DNA of 64,000 nt from Enoplolaimus lenunculus (taxonomy: Eukaryota). A model generated the notes under the pieces. That model was not told the DNA's origin. It ran no database searches and saw only the letters and a program-made list of their open reading frames with translations. The stretch covers positions 186,001 to 250,000 of the forward strand of contig JASANG010001329.1 in NCBI GenBank assembly GCA_030248215.1, written 5' to 3'. Of the stretch, positions 51,601 through 64,000 are shown piece after piece. Within the stretch, counting starts at the first letter, position 1. Each line of letters opens with the position of its first letter. The position numbers and the translations under genes were made by a program.

Positions 51601-53518
51601 AACAGAAAGCCCTGTTCTATACATGGGCCACAGATTTAAAACCTTAAAAGTGTCGAATCTGGTTGCAGAACGTTAAATATATGATGAAATTCATATTTTG
51701 TTTATATCCAGCAGGCAGGATGCAACCGGTATTACAAAATAGCGGAACCGAAACCGGAACCGTAAAGTTAAAAAGTACCGAAACCGAAAAACAAAAAACA
51801 CTGTTAACCGAAAAGTTCAATTTTGAAAAAATAGTTTATTGTTACTGGCATCTCCTAAAATTATAAGAAAAATCAAAAAAGTTTTATACGTGAACCATCA
51901 TATTTGAGAGCAAATTTTGCAATCAATGACGTTTGGAATGTCAAAATCTTGAAACAAATGTACTTAGTAACTGGGAAATGTATGATAAATTTGATACAAA
52001 TAAAAAATTTGGGAATCCACGCTCAGACAACTTTAGAAAAATTAGGATAATATGCCAATTTTTCTTAAATTTTGAATGAGAAAAATTTTCAATACCGAAA
52101 ATACCGGAAAATTCCGGAGAAAACATACCAGATTTATTAGGTACCGATGTCGCATTTTTGCTCAACTGCATGATTTCTGCGGTTGTCAAGTCCATTCACC
52201 TGCGGGTGAAACATTAAGTCACTCTGTGCTCAGCGCCCCAAACAGCAGACAGAGTCTGGTTAACAAATTCGTGACTTTGGTCGGATATTAATAGGACTGT
52301 GAATAGTTCGTGTTTTCTCGGCTTATCTAAATCACCAACTCCGCATTTGAGTCCGCGTTTCAATGACGCTATCTTGCTCTAGTTCAATAATGTAGTCGTT
52401 TTCCCCTTTTATTCCCACCAAATACTGCAAATTAAAGCAACGAGTAAAAGCACAAGTACCGGCACAAGTAGTATGCCTAGTTGCCGACCTTATTCCTTGC
52501 TAAGTGCCGAAAGTTTCTTTGTTAAGGTGCTTTCCGCACGTCCACTACGATAACTTATCCGGTTATTCCACTAGGTCATTAGCTCACACCGTACAACACC
52601 AATGTAAACGTAACGTAACAACCAAACCCCAGAATCTCCGTAAAACATCCTCCAAATTACAGTAAGAACCCCAGAAATTCTCAAAAAACCAGCCAAATCT
52701 AGCCCCGCTAGAATTGACTATCCTCAGAAAACTCCAAATAAATCCACAAGACCCCGTTACAACATCACAGAAAACCCGTGTAAATCCCCGGTACTGCCCG
52801 TAGGCTCCACGGTTGCGGTCCGAGCACCAAATACTCCTACGCCGGTGCACCGCAGGCTCACATTTCAGCTACCGTGACTAAATCCAACTTACTTTCCAGC
52901 TGTCTAAGTCTCCCAAAGCTTACAATATCAATCAAACAATCCGTAAATCACCGCTCGCAATAGATAAAATCCGAAAGACACGCAAAAAGAACCGTTCCAA
53001 TTCATAGCTTAGCAAATTCAGAATGATTATGGAGGCTGGCTAGCCCAGCCCCCAGTTTGTTTGATTTACATATTTTTAAGTGGCTTTGATAGTCTCGGAC
53101 ACTCACCAAAACCACTTCCAATATATGGCGAAAGGCTTATGGCGCGTAATTGCGTAGCTAGAGGTTTGGGGGGGCTGACATGATGTTCGCAGGGCCCAAA
53201 TGGAAGTTTCATTGCGGCTCAACCGCCACGCAAAGATTTTATTTCACTAAAATTTTAATTTTAATTTCTTTTTACACCGTGTTTATTTTGTGCTTTTTGT
53301 GTTTTCATTGAAAACAATGAAATACTTGAATTGTTTACTGAAATGACTGACGCGAAATTAGCTTCTATATCTTCATTTCTGGTTTTACGAGCGGTGAATT
53401 TCAATTTTCACAAATTACAGTAACACCTGTCACCGCTCACCGGTTTGCAATATTGTTTATAAAATTTTTATCAGTATTATTTTCCAAGTCAGCAGATATA
53501 GAAAAAGCATGCTTTTAG

Positions 53519-53802
53519 CATAGATGGTCACCGGGTATCCTGATATCCGGATATCCGGACATGAAACATATCTGGATATGTATCCGAAAACAAACATGTA
53601 TATATCCGAATATCCTGATATCTGCCGTGTATCCGAAATGCTATTATGAAGAAACTTTTAGAACGAATTTCGGAAACCCAAAAAACGCAAAATCGATTTC
53701 CGGATATCCGAGATAGAAAATTTAATTTCGGATATCCGGATGAATATCCGGCGAGAATTGCTGGATATCCGGATATGAAAAGATATCCGATACCCATCAC
53801 TA
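53519..53802. mobile_element. hAT-type MITE with GGATATCC repeats
   Basis: Ends CATAGATGGTCACCGG / CCGATACCCATCACTA; many CCGGATATCCGG units. Confidence 0.65.
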
Positions 53803-54073
53803 CTTTTTAGTCACCAGTAGTCGCCAGTATTTTATAAAAGCTGTCTCAGAAAAGATGAGCAACAGACACCTACTGTTTCTATAGGCGGTAGGTACCACAA
53901 CAAAAAAATTTTGAAAAATAATTTGTCGCCGTTCTCAAATGTTTAATGGTTTTATTGGGTTTTTTCACTTTGCAATCAATTTTAAAGTGGAACTTGCTAA
54001 AAAAATTATAATAAAACACAACGATTTTTGCGCATTTTTGAAGGCTTTCATTAAGGCACGTGCTTTATGATGG

Positions 54074-54478
54074 CTACGGCGCAACTGTTCTGTGTGCCTT
54101 CTTTGTCTCGGTATTAAGCTCGTCTTTAATGCCACTCATATATACCTGTAGTAGGTTTTGCGAACTGTATTCCAATTGGTGTTTATAGGCGTGTTCAAGA
54201 GATTTTTCGTTTAATGTACCGTTTGTTTTTATAACCCACTGGAATGCCTTCTGGATTTTCAAGAGAAGTCCTTTTTGGAAACGTGGTACCTGTGAATTGC
54301 TTAAATCTGTGCGTTTAGCGGGCTTACAGTATCTGATAATACAGAACCAAAAATTTCTAAAATTTGAATTAACGTTTGACTCGCTGCATGTATATTGCAA
54401 CCATCTAAAGCTTGGGTATTTTTTCTATTTAATCCGCTGATATTAAGTTTCCAGCTTAGCGTTCTACCATCAAAACCG
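54074..54478 (-). CDS. Possible last two exons of an unidentified gene or pseudogene
   Basis: Pyrimidine-rich acceptor ttatag| at 54478; exon 54478-54328 (GFDGRTLSW...VLSDT); 38-nt GTAAGC..CACAG intron; exon 54289-54074 (VPRFQKG...RTVAP*) in frame. No family recognised. Confidence 0.35.
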
Positions 54479-54936
54479 CTATAATTAAAGAAGAAAAGCA
54501 TGCAATATTTCATAAATTTTGCGTTTACAACCCTTCAGTTTAGTCTCTTAGGTCATTCAAAATTGCTTTTTAAGTAAATTCACAATTAATGAAACAAATA
54601 AATTAGCATTTTTTAAAATTTTTTTACTCCGAACTGAATTGTGCGTCATACTTTTGCAATTTGTCTTGTTTATTCGAGGTCAACATATATCTGTGTTGCC
54701 AGACTGTTTTTGGGACGAAGTTTTGTTTTCCAAAACAACAAAACCAGCAACAATGGCATAAACCGATTTTTCATTTTCATTTTTTGGTTTATTTTTGGGT
54801 TCAAAGCAATAAAACTGCACTGAATAGGGCGCTAATGAGGGTATAACGCGTAATCAATGACTTCAAACTCACGTTCTAAAGATACGGGTTGCGCCCTAAA
54901 CGGCTCTCCTCTGGATACGCAGTTGATTTACAAGCA

Positions 54937-55100
54937 GGCCAATGTTACTTTAAGGGGCGTAACAGTAGATTAAGCGTATTCCTAAGCATAAGCCAAACCT
55001 AAGCTTAAGCCTAAGCAAAAAATGTAATCTAGAATCCAGACCTGCTCGTTCGTTTATAGACCCGCCAGAAACCCGGACGCTCCTAAAAGTAACATGGGCC
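54937..55100. mobile_element. Merlin-like MITE (family C)
   Basis: GGCCAATGTTACTTT / AAAGTAACATGGGCC; flanks TACAAGCA / TACAAACC; internal CCTAAGCTTAAGCCTAAGC. Confidence 0.72.
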
Positions 55101-56778
55101 TACAAACCGAAAGTTGCAGTCAATTTCTTAGCTACGCTGAGTATACGTTTTTAGCATATGCAGATCAGGGTTGGGCATCGCAAAAAACCAACGGATGTAC
55201 GTTTTCTACAGGCTTTACCCTTTCTTTCGACTAAGTAGAATAAAGAAAGAAAAAACGAAAAAACTTTTTTAAAATAAATTTATTTCATCAAATAACTTGC
55301 GTAACAGCGTCAAAACGTCACGGAATACTGTAAGAATATGTTTTTCATTCGGAACGGTTTTCGTTACGTGTTAAAGGCACACATTGCTACATTTTGTAAT
55401 ACCCGTTTGATTGGATACACCATCCGTCTATGCTGTTTGTGTTCACTGTAGCCGTGATGGCACTAAATTGGACGCAGACGTTTTCAGTTGCCACAGCTGA
55501 GGTCAAATTTTACTCTCATGTTTATGTTGATGAATATTCTTTCATTGATCTTAAAATGATTCTAATTCTTTCATAAATTATACTATAATGAAATTCGAAA
55601 TCCTGTTAGCAGAGTTTTTGCCGTTCTAACCTACAAGTTTGTAGGTAGCTAGTGGGCGTGTCATTTTTAGACATCTATTGCTTTCCTAGTGCGTATGTGT
55701 ACCTTTACACTTACATATTAGGCGTTCTGTGGCCGATAAATTAATTGTGAAAAACAACCTGATACAGATACATAATAAACAAAAATTTTCTTACTTTTAT
55801 TGAATTCAACTCAAGCGAAAGCAAATAGCGATAAAAATAACAGAAAAATTTTCATAAATGCCAATTTTTTGGGCCGATACTATTGAGACGTAAAAGAAAA
55901 AATAGCTGATGACTCCATAAGGTTAAGAGTTTGCGTGTATTTCGTCATTTTCATTTCAAATCAAATATTTGCCGTATATATGCAATGAAAAATCGAGTAA
56001 TTTTGCATGATGTACTGCTAATTGTGACTATAAAAATAACGGTATTTCCAGTATTCTGTTAACTGACACAGAAACGAATACTGATTTTTACCTGAAACCA
56101 ATATCTGGCTATATCGTCAAGAATTTTACGTATGCAGTTTTGTTAAATAACCCAGCACAGCACCTATCATAACTTCACTTTTGAGCGGCTTCCACTGATT
56201 GTCTTGGTAACAGTTGATTTTTAAACGAGAGCGTTTCGTTCCACCCACCACTCTAAAAACATCAACTTTTTTGACATAAAAGCAAAATTTAACCGTTGCA
56301 ACATAAACCCACAAAATATCACAAACCTTTGTCTCCGTGTCGAAGGTCACAGGTATTCTTTTTAGTCTTTGGCATCAAAAAATTGCCATAGAAAACGTGA
56401 CGCAAGCTTAAAAATTGAGAACTTTTTTTGGACTGCAGCGATTGTATGTTTCTGCTCATATGTTCAGCCGTAAAGCTTATCGCTGCGAATGTCTATTTGT
56501 AAAAAATTGCCATATTAAGCCAGTTTGTCATCTTAGTATAATTGTTTACTGTTAATAAATAATAATTTTTGAAAATATCAATTTTAACGCGTCTCTGATA
56601 GTGTTGAGACAATATTGTTTAGAGACTTACGTACTATAACAATTGGGCGGGCGGTTTGAAAGGTTATCTAAGACGTTTGTTTATCTATCGGATATTTACT
56701 GAAAAACGGAGTCTATACAAGGCAATAGCGGAGGTGGAATTTATTTCTTCCGAAAATTCCTGGAAAAAACACTTTTAC

Positions 56779-57709
56779 CGGTGACCGGACAGAAGGCCGC
56801 CGGACATAAGGCCGCCTGGACAACAAGGACTAATTTTGCGTGTTGATTACTGATTAGCTGTTTAATTAAGCCATGACCTTTCAAACAAAGACTCGCTAAT
56901 GGAGGCAGAACGATTTTTTATTGTTGTAATCAAAACCGGCCATTGTATAGCACAGGGGCTTTTCATTTTCCAAGGGGGTGGTAACATGATCAGGAGGGCA
57001 GCGTAGCAACTCCTGTATATGGGCTAGCAAATTCCGCAGGACTGGTAGTAAAAATCACAAGCATAAGTTTGGCTGGCAACATTGGAAAAGCGGTAAGTTC
57101 AAACGGCTAAATGTTACATGGTTCGGGAGGATAAATTAGAGGTGTAGGCGAGGTTCGGAAAGCGAAAAAAGTGGAAAATTCAAACCAATATGTCATGCTG
57201 GCTTTCGGTGTAAGACGCATATACGTTTTTAATAACATTTCGATTTGATCACAACGGCTGCAACAATCTAAATATTATAGTGAAAACGTCTAGAGAGGAA
57301 TCTTGCTAAATTTTCCACTTTTCCTGTTTTCCAAACTTTTACTCTTCAGGTTTTCTTACCGAACCCAGGATTATCTATACCTTTGAATATTCTACTTTTC
57401 CAGTTCTCCAAGCTAAAGTTTTATGCTTGTGATTTTTCCTACCTAACTAGCGTAATTTCTATAGCCGTTATACAGGAGTGGCTGAACTGCACTCCTGGTC
57501 GTAAGTTTGCCGCTCTGAATGTGCTTTTGTTTTGTCCACACGTTGGATGTTTTTGTCCAGACGGCTTTTTATCCAGACGGTCTTTTGCCGAGCGGCCTTT
57601 TGTCCAGACGGTCTTTTATACAGACGGCCTTTTGTCCGGCGGCCTTTTGCCCGGGCGGCCTATTGTCCAGGCCGTCCTTTGTGAAAGCGGTCTTTTGTCC
57701 GCTATCTGC
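56779..57709. mobile_element. Non-autonomous DNA transposon with 14-15-bp subterminal repeats and a nested foldback fragment
   Basis: About 3 GGACANAAGGCCGCC units at the left end and about 10 inverted CGGCCTTTTGTCC units at 57545-57702. Confidence 0.6.
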
Positions 57710-58515
57710 CTCGGTCAAAGATACTTTAAATCTTAAATACCGTAGATAAGGCTTTGTAGAAGTAATGCAACATCAATTTTTCGAATATTTATAGCTTGAA
57801 TTGGGCCCTACGCATTAAAAATCGTTCCACGGGCTCTGCTCGACAGTGCCAAAGTTGAAATTGTAACAGTTGACTACAAACTTGAGTCCTGAAGCTTAGC
57901 CATTGCCTCAGACTAATTCTGGATTCATGTTTAAGGCACGCATCAGCCAAACAAAGATGTGCTTCTCAACATGCATACAAACTGTTAATTTTTTCAAAAT
58001 TTCTAACTTTTAATAAAGCAGATTTTTAAATTTGTCCGTGTTTTTGCTGTCCTATGCATACGAAACCGCGTGCATGAAAATGACCTCAAAATTGAAAAAA
58101 CTTAATAACCGTAAGCCTCGAACCAACATTTATAGGTACGTGCACGTACGGGTTTTTATACCCACGAAATCACGGGCGTACACGTGTCCATAACACCCTA
58201 AAACGTTCTATTTTTTAATTCTTAAAATAGATCCAAATATATTTGTGTTTGCAATTAAGTTTTTTAGAAATAATTTATTGTTGCTGCCAAAACTTTGATA
58301 AAATATGGTGTTCGACAAAAAGGTTGGTATATGTTTATATTGCCAAATGTAAGCAGTTGTTCACTTTGTTTTTTAAGATAGTTTTTAACAAAATCCAGCA
58401 ATGTATTTTTAGCTTAATTTATTTTGCCCCAAGTGAAACTAAAAATGAAAACACAGGTTTATTAAAGCTCAATTTTGGTACCAGGCAGCTCGTTGTTATC
58501 GCTCAGCTTTATATA

Positions 58516-59014
58516 TGGGGTGTTTCCTTTATCGCCCCAGCCCGCGTTTGGCCGAGAATGGATCGATTTTGAAAATTTTTGCATATTTATTTAATCTTCT
58601 CATGATCTCCCTGATCATTCTACGCCTAACTTTGAATTTTTGAAAAATTTAATTTTTATGGTTCCAAGATCCCTGCAATGCAAAGATGAAATTTTTGTCA
58701 AAACGGGTTGGTGCCAAATCAGTTATTTGACCATAATTTATTAACCAATCGTGTCAGTGCAAAAATTTTAACACCATTGGACGCAGCTGTACACACTGCA
58801 TCAAACGGTATATAATTTATCAATTTTTTTGACAAAATTGTTTGGGTCCTAATGGAGGGAACTTGGTACTTTAAAAAATCGAATTTTTTAAAAAATGCAA
58901 ATTTAGGCGTGAAATAATCAGAAGAGGTTATGAGAAGATCAAATATGCAAAAATTTTTGGATTCCAACGATTTTTGGGCAAACGCGGGCTGGGAGAATAA
59001 CGGAAAAGACTCTA
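58516..59014. mobile_element. Long-TIR Tc1/mariner-like MITE
   Basis: ~130-bp imperfect inverted arms (CCCAGCCCGCGTTTG / CAAACGCGGGCTGGG) in a TA-rich context. Confidence 0.75.
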
Positions 59015-59523
59015 TATACCTATGTATATATACTTAGATTTTATTTATTTATCGGGCAAAAATTAAAAAATTAATGTTGAAATATTCATCTTTTATTTGC
59101 ATTATACAGGATTTAGAATGTACCAATGTATCTATGACGAAATGGATGCAGGGTTGAACGGAATATAGTGAATGCATTGATACCAAACAGTGATGCCTTT
59201 ATTCGAATGAGAAAGGTCTGACCTTTTATTCGCCGCTCCAGACGGTACTTTTCTACAATTCCATTACAGACTGTTCATTATTTTTAAGCTCATTGCCTGC
59301 TATTTCCACTCCGTGCTACTTAGGATTGGTTTCGAAACTCGAGTATATTTCATATATAGGTAGTATTAGGTAGGATAGACGTTGAATGATCACATCATAT
59401 ATTGAACTTTATTTGGTTTAGAAACCAGTTACGTTTTCTAATAATTGAAAAACCATGATAATGTTTTCCCCCAAGGCACTTGAGTTATTTATAGGTCTAC
59501 AACATTTTTTGAGAATTTCGGCA

Positions 59524-59703
59524 CGGGCCCGTAGCCAAGGCGGGCCAGGAGGTATCAGCCACTCTGGAAAAATTTTGCCCCCCCTACAAAATTTTTAACC
59601 TTGCATGTAAGTCATCGAAAACAATTATACGCCTCTCCTGAAAATTGTTTAGTCCACCTGTCAAGCTGATCTAGCTACTGGCCTTGATCTGGCTACGAGC
59701 CTG
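59524..59703. mobile_element. hAT-type MITE (family B)
   Basis: CGGGCCCGTAGCCA / TGGCTACGAGCCTG; perfect TSD TTTCGGCA; another copy at ~61359-61521. Confidence 0.85.
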
Positions 59704-61756
59704 TTTCGGCATTAAAGTTGCCGGATAGTGAATGGTGTTTGACGCTGTATCAATCATCGCTTTCCATCTTTGCAAATTTGGGACGCTTCAATCTTTTTGA
59801 GACATGTCGAAAACAACATTTTATACGCACTGGCACTCTGTAGTGCTTATATATATAATTATTACACCGACAAAAATCAACTACAAATTATTGCAAGCTA
59901 TAACGCCGTTTTAAAACTGTATGCATTTTCGAAGTTGCAAGATTTTTTTACTGTTGTGCGATATTTCTCAGTGTTGAACAATAAATCCACTTTGTATATT
60001 TGCGAAGAAATATGAGGGAAAATTAAAAGAGAGCTAGGAATTTCAAGGTGTGATTTTTGTTTTCGTTCACATTTGTGGTTGACAAAACCATATACGTCTA
60101 CTGAATTACTATAGAGAAATTGAAACTTTCACGAGAAAAGATATTGAATTGTTGCAACCATGAACCAAAAATACTTTTGCAAAATTTTCCTAAACCTGTG
60201 GACCTCACTGGTATATATTTCAGTGCAAAATTTTATATGAGCTTTAAATAACCTAAACTGGTTCAAAATAGAGCAGGTGCTTACTGTTTAGCGTGTCAAA
60301 AAAGGTCTTCATTCTTGGCTTAGTAACCAGTAGAGCGCCAAGGGGGTTCAGCTCACCTTCTTGCAAGGTGTTACCCCCTTTCTCGCGCGATATCAAAAAT
60401 ATGTCCGTGTTAAAGTTGTTTTGCCCCTTCCTAGCATGTTCATTTGGCTACGGCTTGTGTAATTCCCCCAGTTGAACTGATCGATTAAACACCACAATAG
60501 TTCCCATTAGAAAATCTTTGTCGGCTTAATTTGTGAAACGACAAATGTTTTAGAACACATATTATCAGACTTTTTGGGACCATCAGCAGCACTCGTTTCT
60601 AAAAATAAAATTTTGTTCAGCTACAAACTACTTATTGATCCATACATATTAACAATTTAAAAAATTTTCAAACCCTTTCATACTATTTAAAAATGTCGAT
60701 TCCTGCTGCACGTTTGTGTAAATATCTTTTTTCGTTGTTTTCATAGCTTTTCTAGTTTTTTCCTGTTTGCGTCATAGGTTAAGGCTCTCAACGTTTTCAC
60801 AGGATAGTAGACTATGTAGTGTAGTGTTAAAAATCGCCGGAAACTGTATTCCAATTACCAATTTAAGTAAGATATTCGGTATATTAAATCGTTGGCTAAT
60901 TATTAATTGCCACTTGAACACTCCGATACATTTTATTATATGTGTGTGGGTGTTTGTGAACAGGAACAGGAATTGAATTTTTGCAAGAATTTCGGTTTAC
61001 CCTGATATATATTTATATATATGCGGAATGCTAATATATTGTTCATATCTAATATGTAATATAAAAATTTCGATTTTTCAAAAAGTAAGGTACTAAATTT
61101 AAACCTACTTGGTCACTCGGCACAAAACTGACCGCAACAGTTTTGATAATTTACCCACTCTGCGACTTTTCCCCAGACAATAACGTCATTTATGAGTCTG
61201 GCCCAAGCAGTGACCGACGCGCCGCTGATGGAGTCAGCTAATGGTGTAATCACTCACTAGCGTGTATTGCGCAGTCTTTGACCACCGTAACAAGGTATTG
61301 CTTATTTGAGTTTTTTGATTAATTTAAGTTCTTAATCGTTAACCGCTGTATAGGAAGACGAGCCCGTGTTTAAAGGAGCAGTGCAGGGGGATCAGCGCAC
61401 CTGAAAGGATTTTGCCGTCTCTAGAATGTTTTCAACGTTGCATGTTAGTCATCGAAAACTGTTGTATGCCCCTCTTGAAAAATATTTATCCCCGCAGCAA
61501 GGTGAGCTCGCTACGGGCATGTAGGCAAATAATATTAGATAGTGTTGATAGGTTGATATGTGAAAAATAAATTTATTTGTAACATTATACGTATATGAAT
61601 TCGTTATTGGAATAATCCTAAGTTTTAAAATGGTAATCCGTGTAAATCTAACTGTGAAAGTTGATAATTACCCATTCGCGTACTCTCACTCAGCCAACAC
61701 GTGATTATGCTAACGTTCGAATTTATTGTGAAATATTCTGTTTGAAGGCTGGCAGA

Positions 61757-62060
61757 CTGAGGCGGATCCAAAACTTTCTGACCGGAGGGCGGCCTGGCAA
61801 ATGTCATGAAACGCAAAATTGTAGGGTTTGGACCTTATCATTTTATCACCAAAAAATTCTTAGGGAAAAGGGACCTTATCATTTTATCACCAAAATATTT
61901 TCTGAGGAAAATTGTAAGGTTTTATCACAAAAACGTTTTTGAGGGTAAAAATTGTATTTTTACAACAAACTTTCTGATGGAAAGAATTATAAGAAGGGAC
62001 ATTATTCCATATCACAGGAAAATTCAGACAAGGAGTCGCACCTGGCGGAGGCAGGAAACA
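61757..62060. mobile_element. hAT-type MITE (family A), decayed
   Basis: GAGGCGGATCCA...CTGGCAAATGTCATGAAACGCAAAATTGTAGGG matches 26413-26699. Confidence 0.65.
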
Positions 62061-63184
62061 CGGGCGCACCTAAAATTTTCAAAGAAACCGGTAGAAAGCA
62101 CTGATACCGGTTTTTGAATAACATGCTGAATTCTACAAGTGAAAAAATTTCGCTTTCTCGTATAAATCGTTTTGTTCTCGCAGACACCATATAGCAAGTT
62201 AACTAGTTACCTGTTGCCTATTGAGTGTAATCGGTTCATTTGCGTAATTAGAACCACCTACTGATTTGTTAATGATTTGTGATCTTTGAACGCAGCAATT
62301 AAAGTATTGCAATTTAGTGTTTTTGATTGATTTAAGCTCAACCAGTTATCGCCTTACAAGAAGACAAAATTTGATTATATACCTGGCGCAGGGGTAGAGC
62401 GTTTATTTATGAATTAGCAGGCTTGCAGTGGGATTTCCGCTGTGTAGGCCCGCATTTTCAGCTACTGACAGTACCGCTGATTTTTAAAGTAGTCGCTCGG
62501 GTGAAACTGTAACCTCAAAAGGTTTGATAATTACACCCTGTCTGTTTTCTAGATCATAACGCAATTGAGTAGTCTGGCCCGAAGTTTGACCACCGACAGT
62601 TTAATTGCAGAATCACTCACTGGTGTAAGTTCTATCATTTTTAAGCCCCCACCCGCAACATTTTGGGGGTTTGATATATTTAAGCTCGTAATCGTAAGCG
62701 ATTGGCAGAGGTGAATCCATAAATTTCTGATTTGGGAGCGGGTTGGAAAATGTTATGAAATTCAAGAAAATCAAATCTTTTATACGTGTTTTATAATTAT
62801 AGAAAATTTATAAATGAAGCTGAAAATTGAAGATTTTGTCACGAGACAGTTTTGATCACAGCTCATTTTGAAGCCAGGGGTGCGTTACGTAATGGCTGTT
62901 GCTCGACTACGACGTCAGACGGCCAGACTGCTCGCTTGAGCAAGCTGGGTGGTCGCTTAGCGAAGATGACTTGATGAGGTTCGAGTTTGGAAAGTTTTGA
63001 CTTTAATTTAGTGGCTGTTTTAGCAAACATAACTCCAAATGTTGCTCTACTTTGGCTTATGCCATCCATCATTCTGATTGAAACTCAAGTTTATACTTGA
63101 TTATAGCTTATGTTCTAAACTAACCAATAGCGTAAAGTTTAAAAATGGTTCCTCTGGCTAAAGTTTAAGCGTTTAAAGGGCTAG

Positions 63185-63213
63185 TTATTATTATTATTAT
63201 TATTATTATTTTG

Positions 63214-63276
<63 letters not shown>
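63185..63276. repeat. (TTA)n microsatellite
   Basis: Directly visible. Confidence 0.97.
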
Positions 63277-63591
63277 GTATGAGGTTGCTTTGCAATATTC
63301 AGTTTAACTTTGTTACTGCAACAAAGTAGGAATCAAATTTACGTACTACACTTAGTTGGCTGTAGGCCATGAGGGCGAAATACAAAAAATACTGAACAGA
63401 CGCAGAGACGCGGGTATGATTTTTTCTGAGGCGTCACAGGGGTGGTTAGCAGATGATCCTACAACGGGGGCCGTCAAATCCGATAAAAAATCATTGTTAG
63501 GCATCAAAATGCCAGAGGTTGGGTAGAGTAGTTGGAATACCTCGCGAGTGAAAGAGCGACAGCATTCGTTTTACATTGAAATCGAAAATTT

Positions 63592-63710
63592 GATATATAT
63601 GTATGTATAAATATATATACATATATGTATATATATGTATAAATATATATACATATATGTATATATAAATATATATTATATAAATATATATGTATATATG
63701 TGTATATATA
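63592..63710. repeat. (TA)n/(TATG)n low-complexity repeat
   Basis: Directly visible. Confidence 0.92.
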
Positions 63711-64000
63711 GAAAAGCTTGAAGTACGCAGCTCTAATAAAACGAGACCGCAAAAAAATTTTCAGCCAGTTTCTCTCCTAGATTTTAATTTTAACATTTCA
63801 ACACGGTTTATATTAAAACGCACTGTCTCGAAATATACCGGCACTCGGAATAAGAATTTTTTAAACTTTAAGCAAATTTTCAAGTTTTTTGCTCACTTTT
63901 GAAATATTTTAAACTTTAAGCACGAAAAAAAGGCGTTTGACGTTGTGACTAGCAAAATTAGCGATAAAACTTCGAACTACTTGAGCAATCGAAGTTGTTG

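Noticed and set aside
57383..57749. ORFs with repeated DGLLS motifs
   Set aside because: Translation of 15-bp subterminal transposon repeats.

Overview
AT-rich, repeat-dense eukaryotic genomic DNA, probably from a nematode. That assignment is inference from TTTCAG/TTTTAG acceptors, TTAGGC/GCCTAA telomere-type repeats and nematode-like proteins. Two spliced genes could be rebuilt by hand with consistent GT-AG junctions and phases. (1) A 15-exon transmembrane class-1 semaphorin (Sema-1a/SMP-1-like, + strand, 19597-37758, ~879 aa) with signal peptide, Sema domain, PSI domain, TM helix and a tail ending [14 protein letters not shown]. (2) A convergent 5-exon classical short-chain dehydrogenase/reductase (- strand, 47845-45392, 279 aa). 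A weak two-exon orphan coding fragment lies at 54478-54074 (-). Most ORFs in the supplied track are spurious. The rest is a mosaic of non-autonomous DNA transposons (hAT-, Merlin-, piggyBac-, Harbinger-, Tc1/mariner- and CACTA-like, many with readable TSDs), micro/minisatellites and a foldback array. The most unusual items are a tandem pair of piggyBac-type MITEs carrying an internal tRNA-derived Pol III promoter nested in a hAT element, a tRNA-Ala-like cloverleaf at the tip of a long hairpin just upstream of the SDR gene, and a Merlin-like MITE family that disperses telomere-type repeats. No databases or tools were used; family assignments rest on terminal and TSD signatures only.
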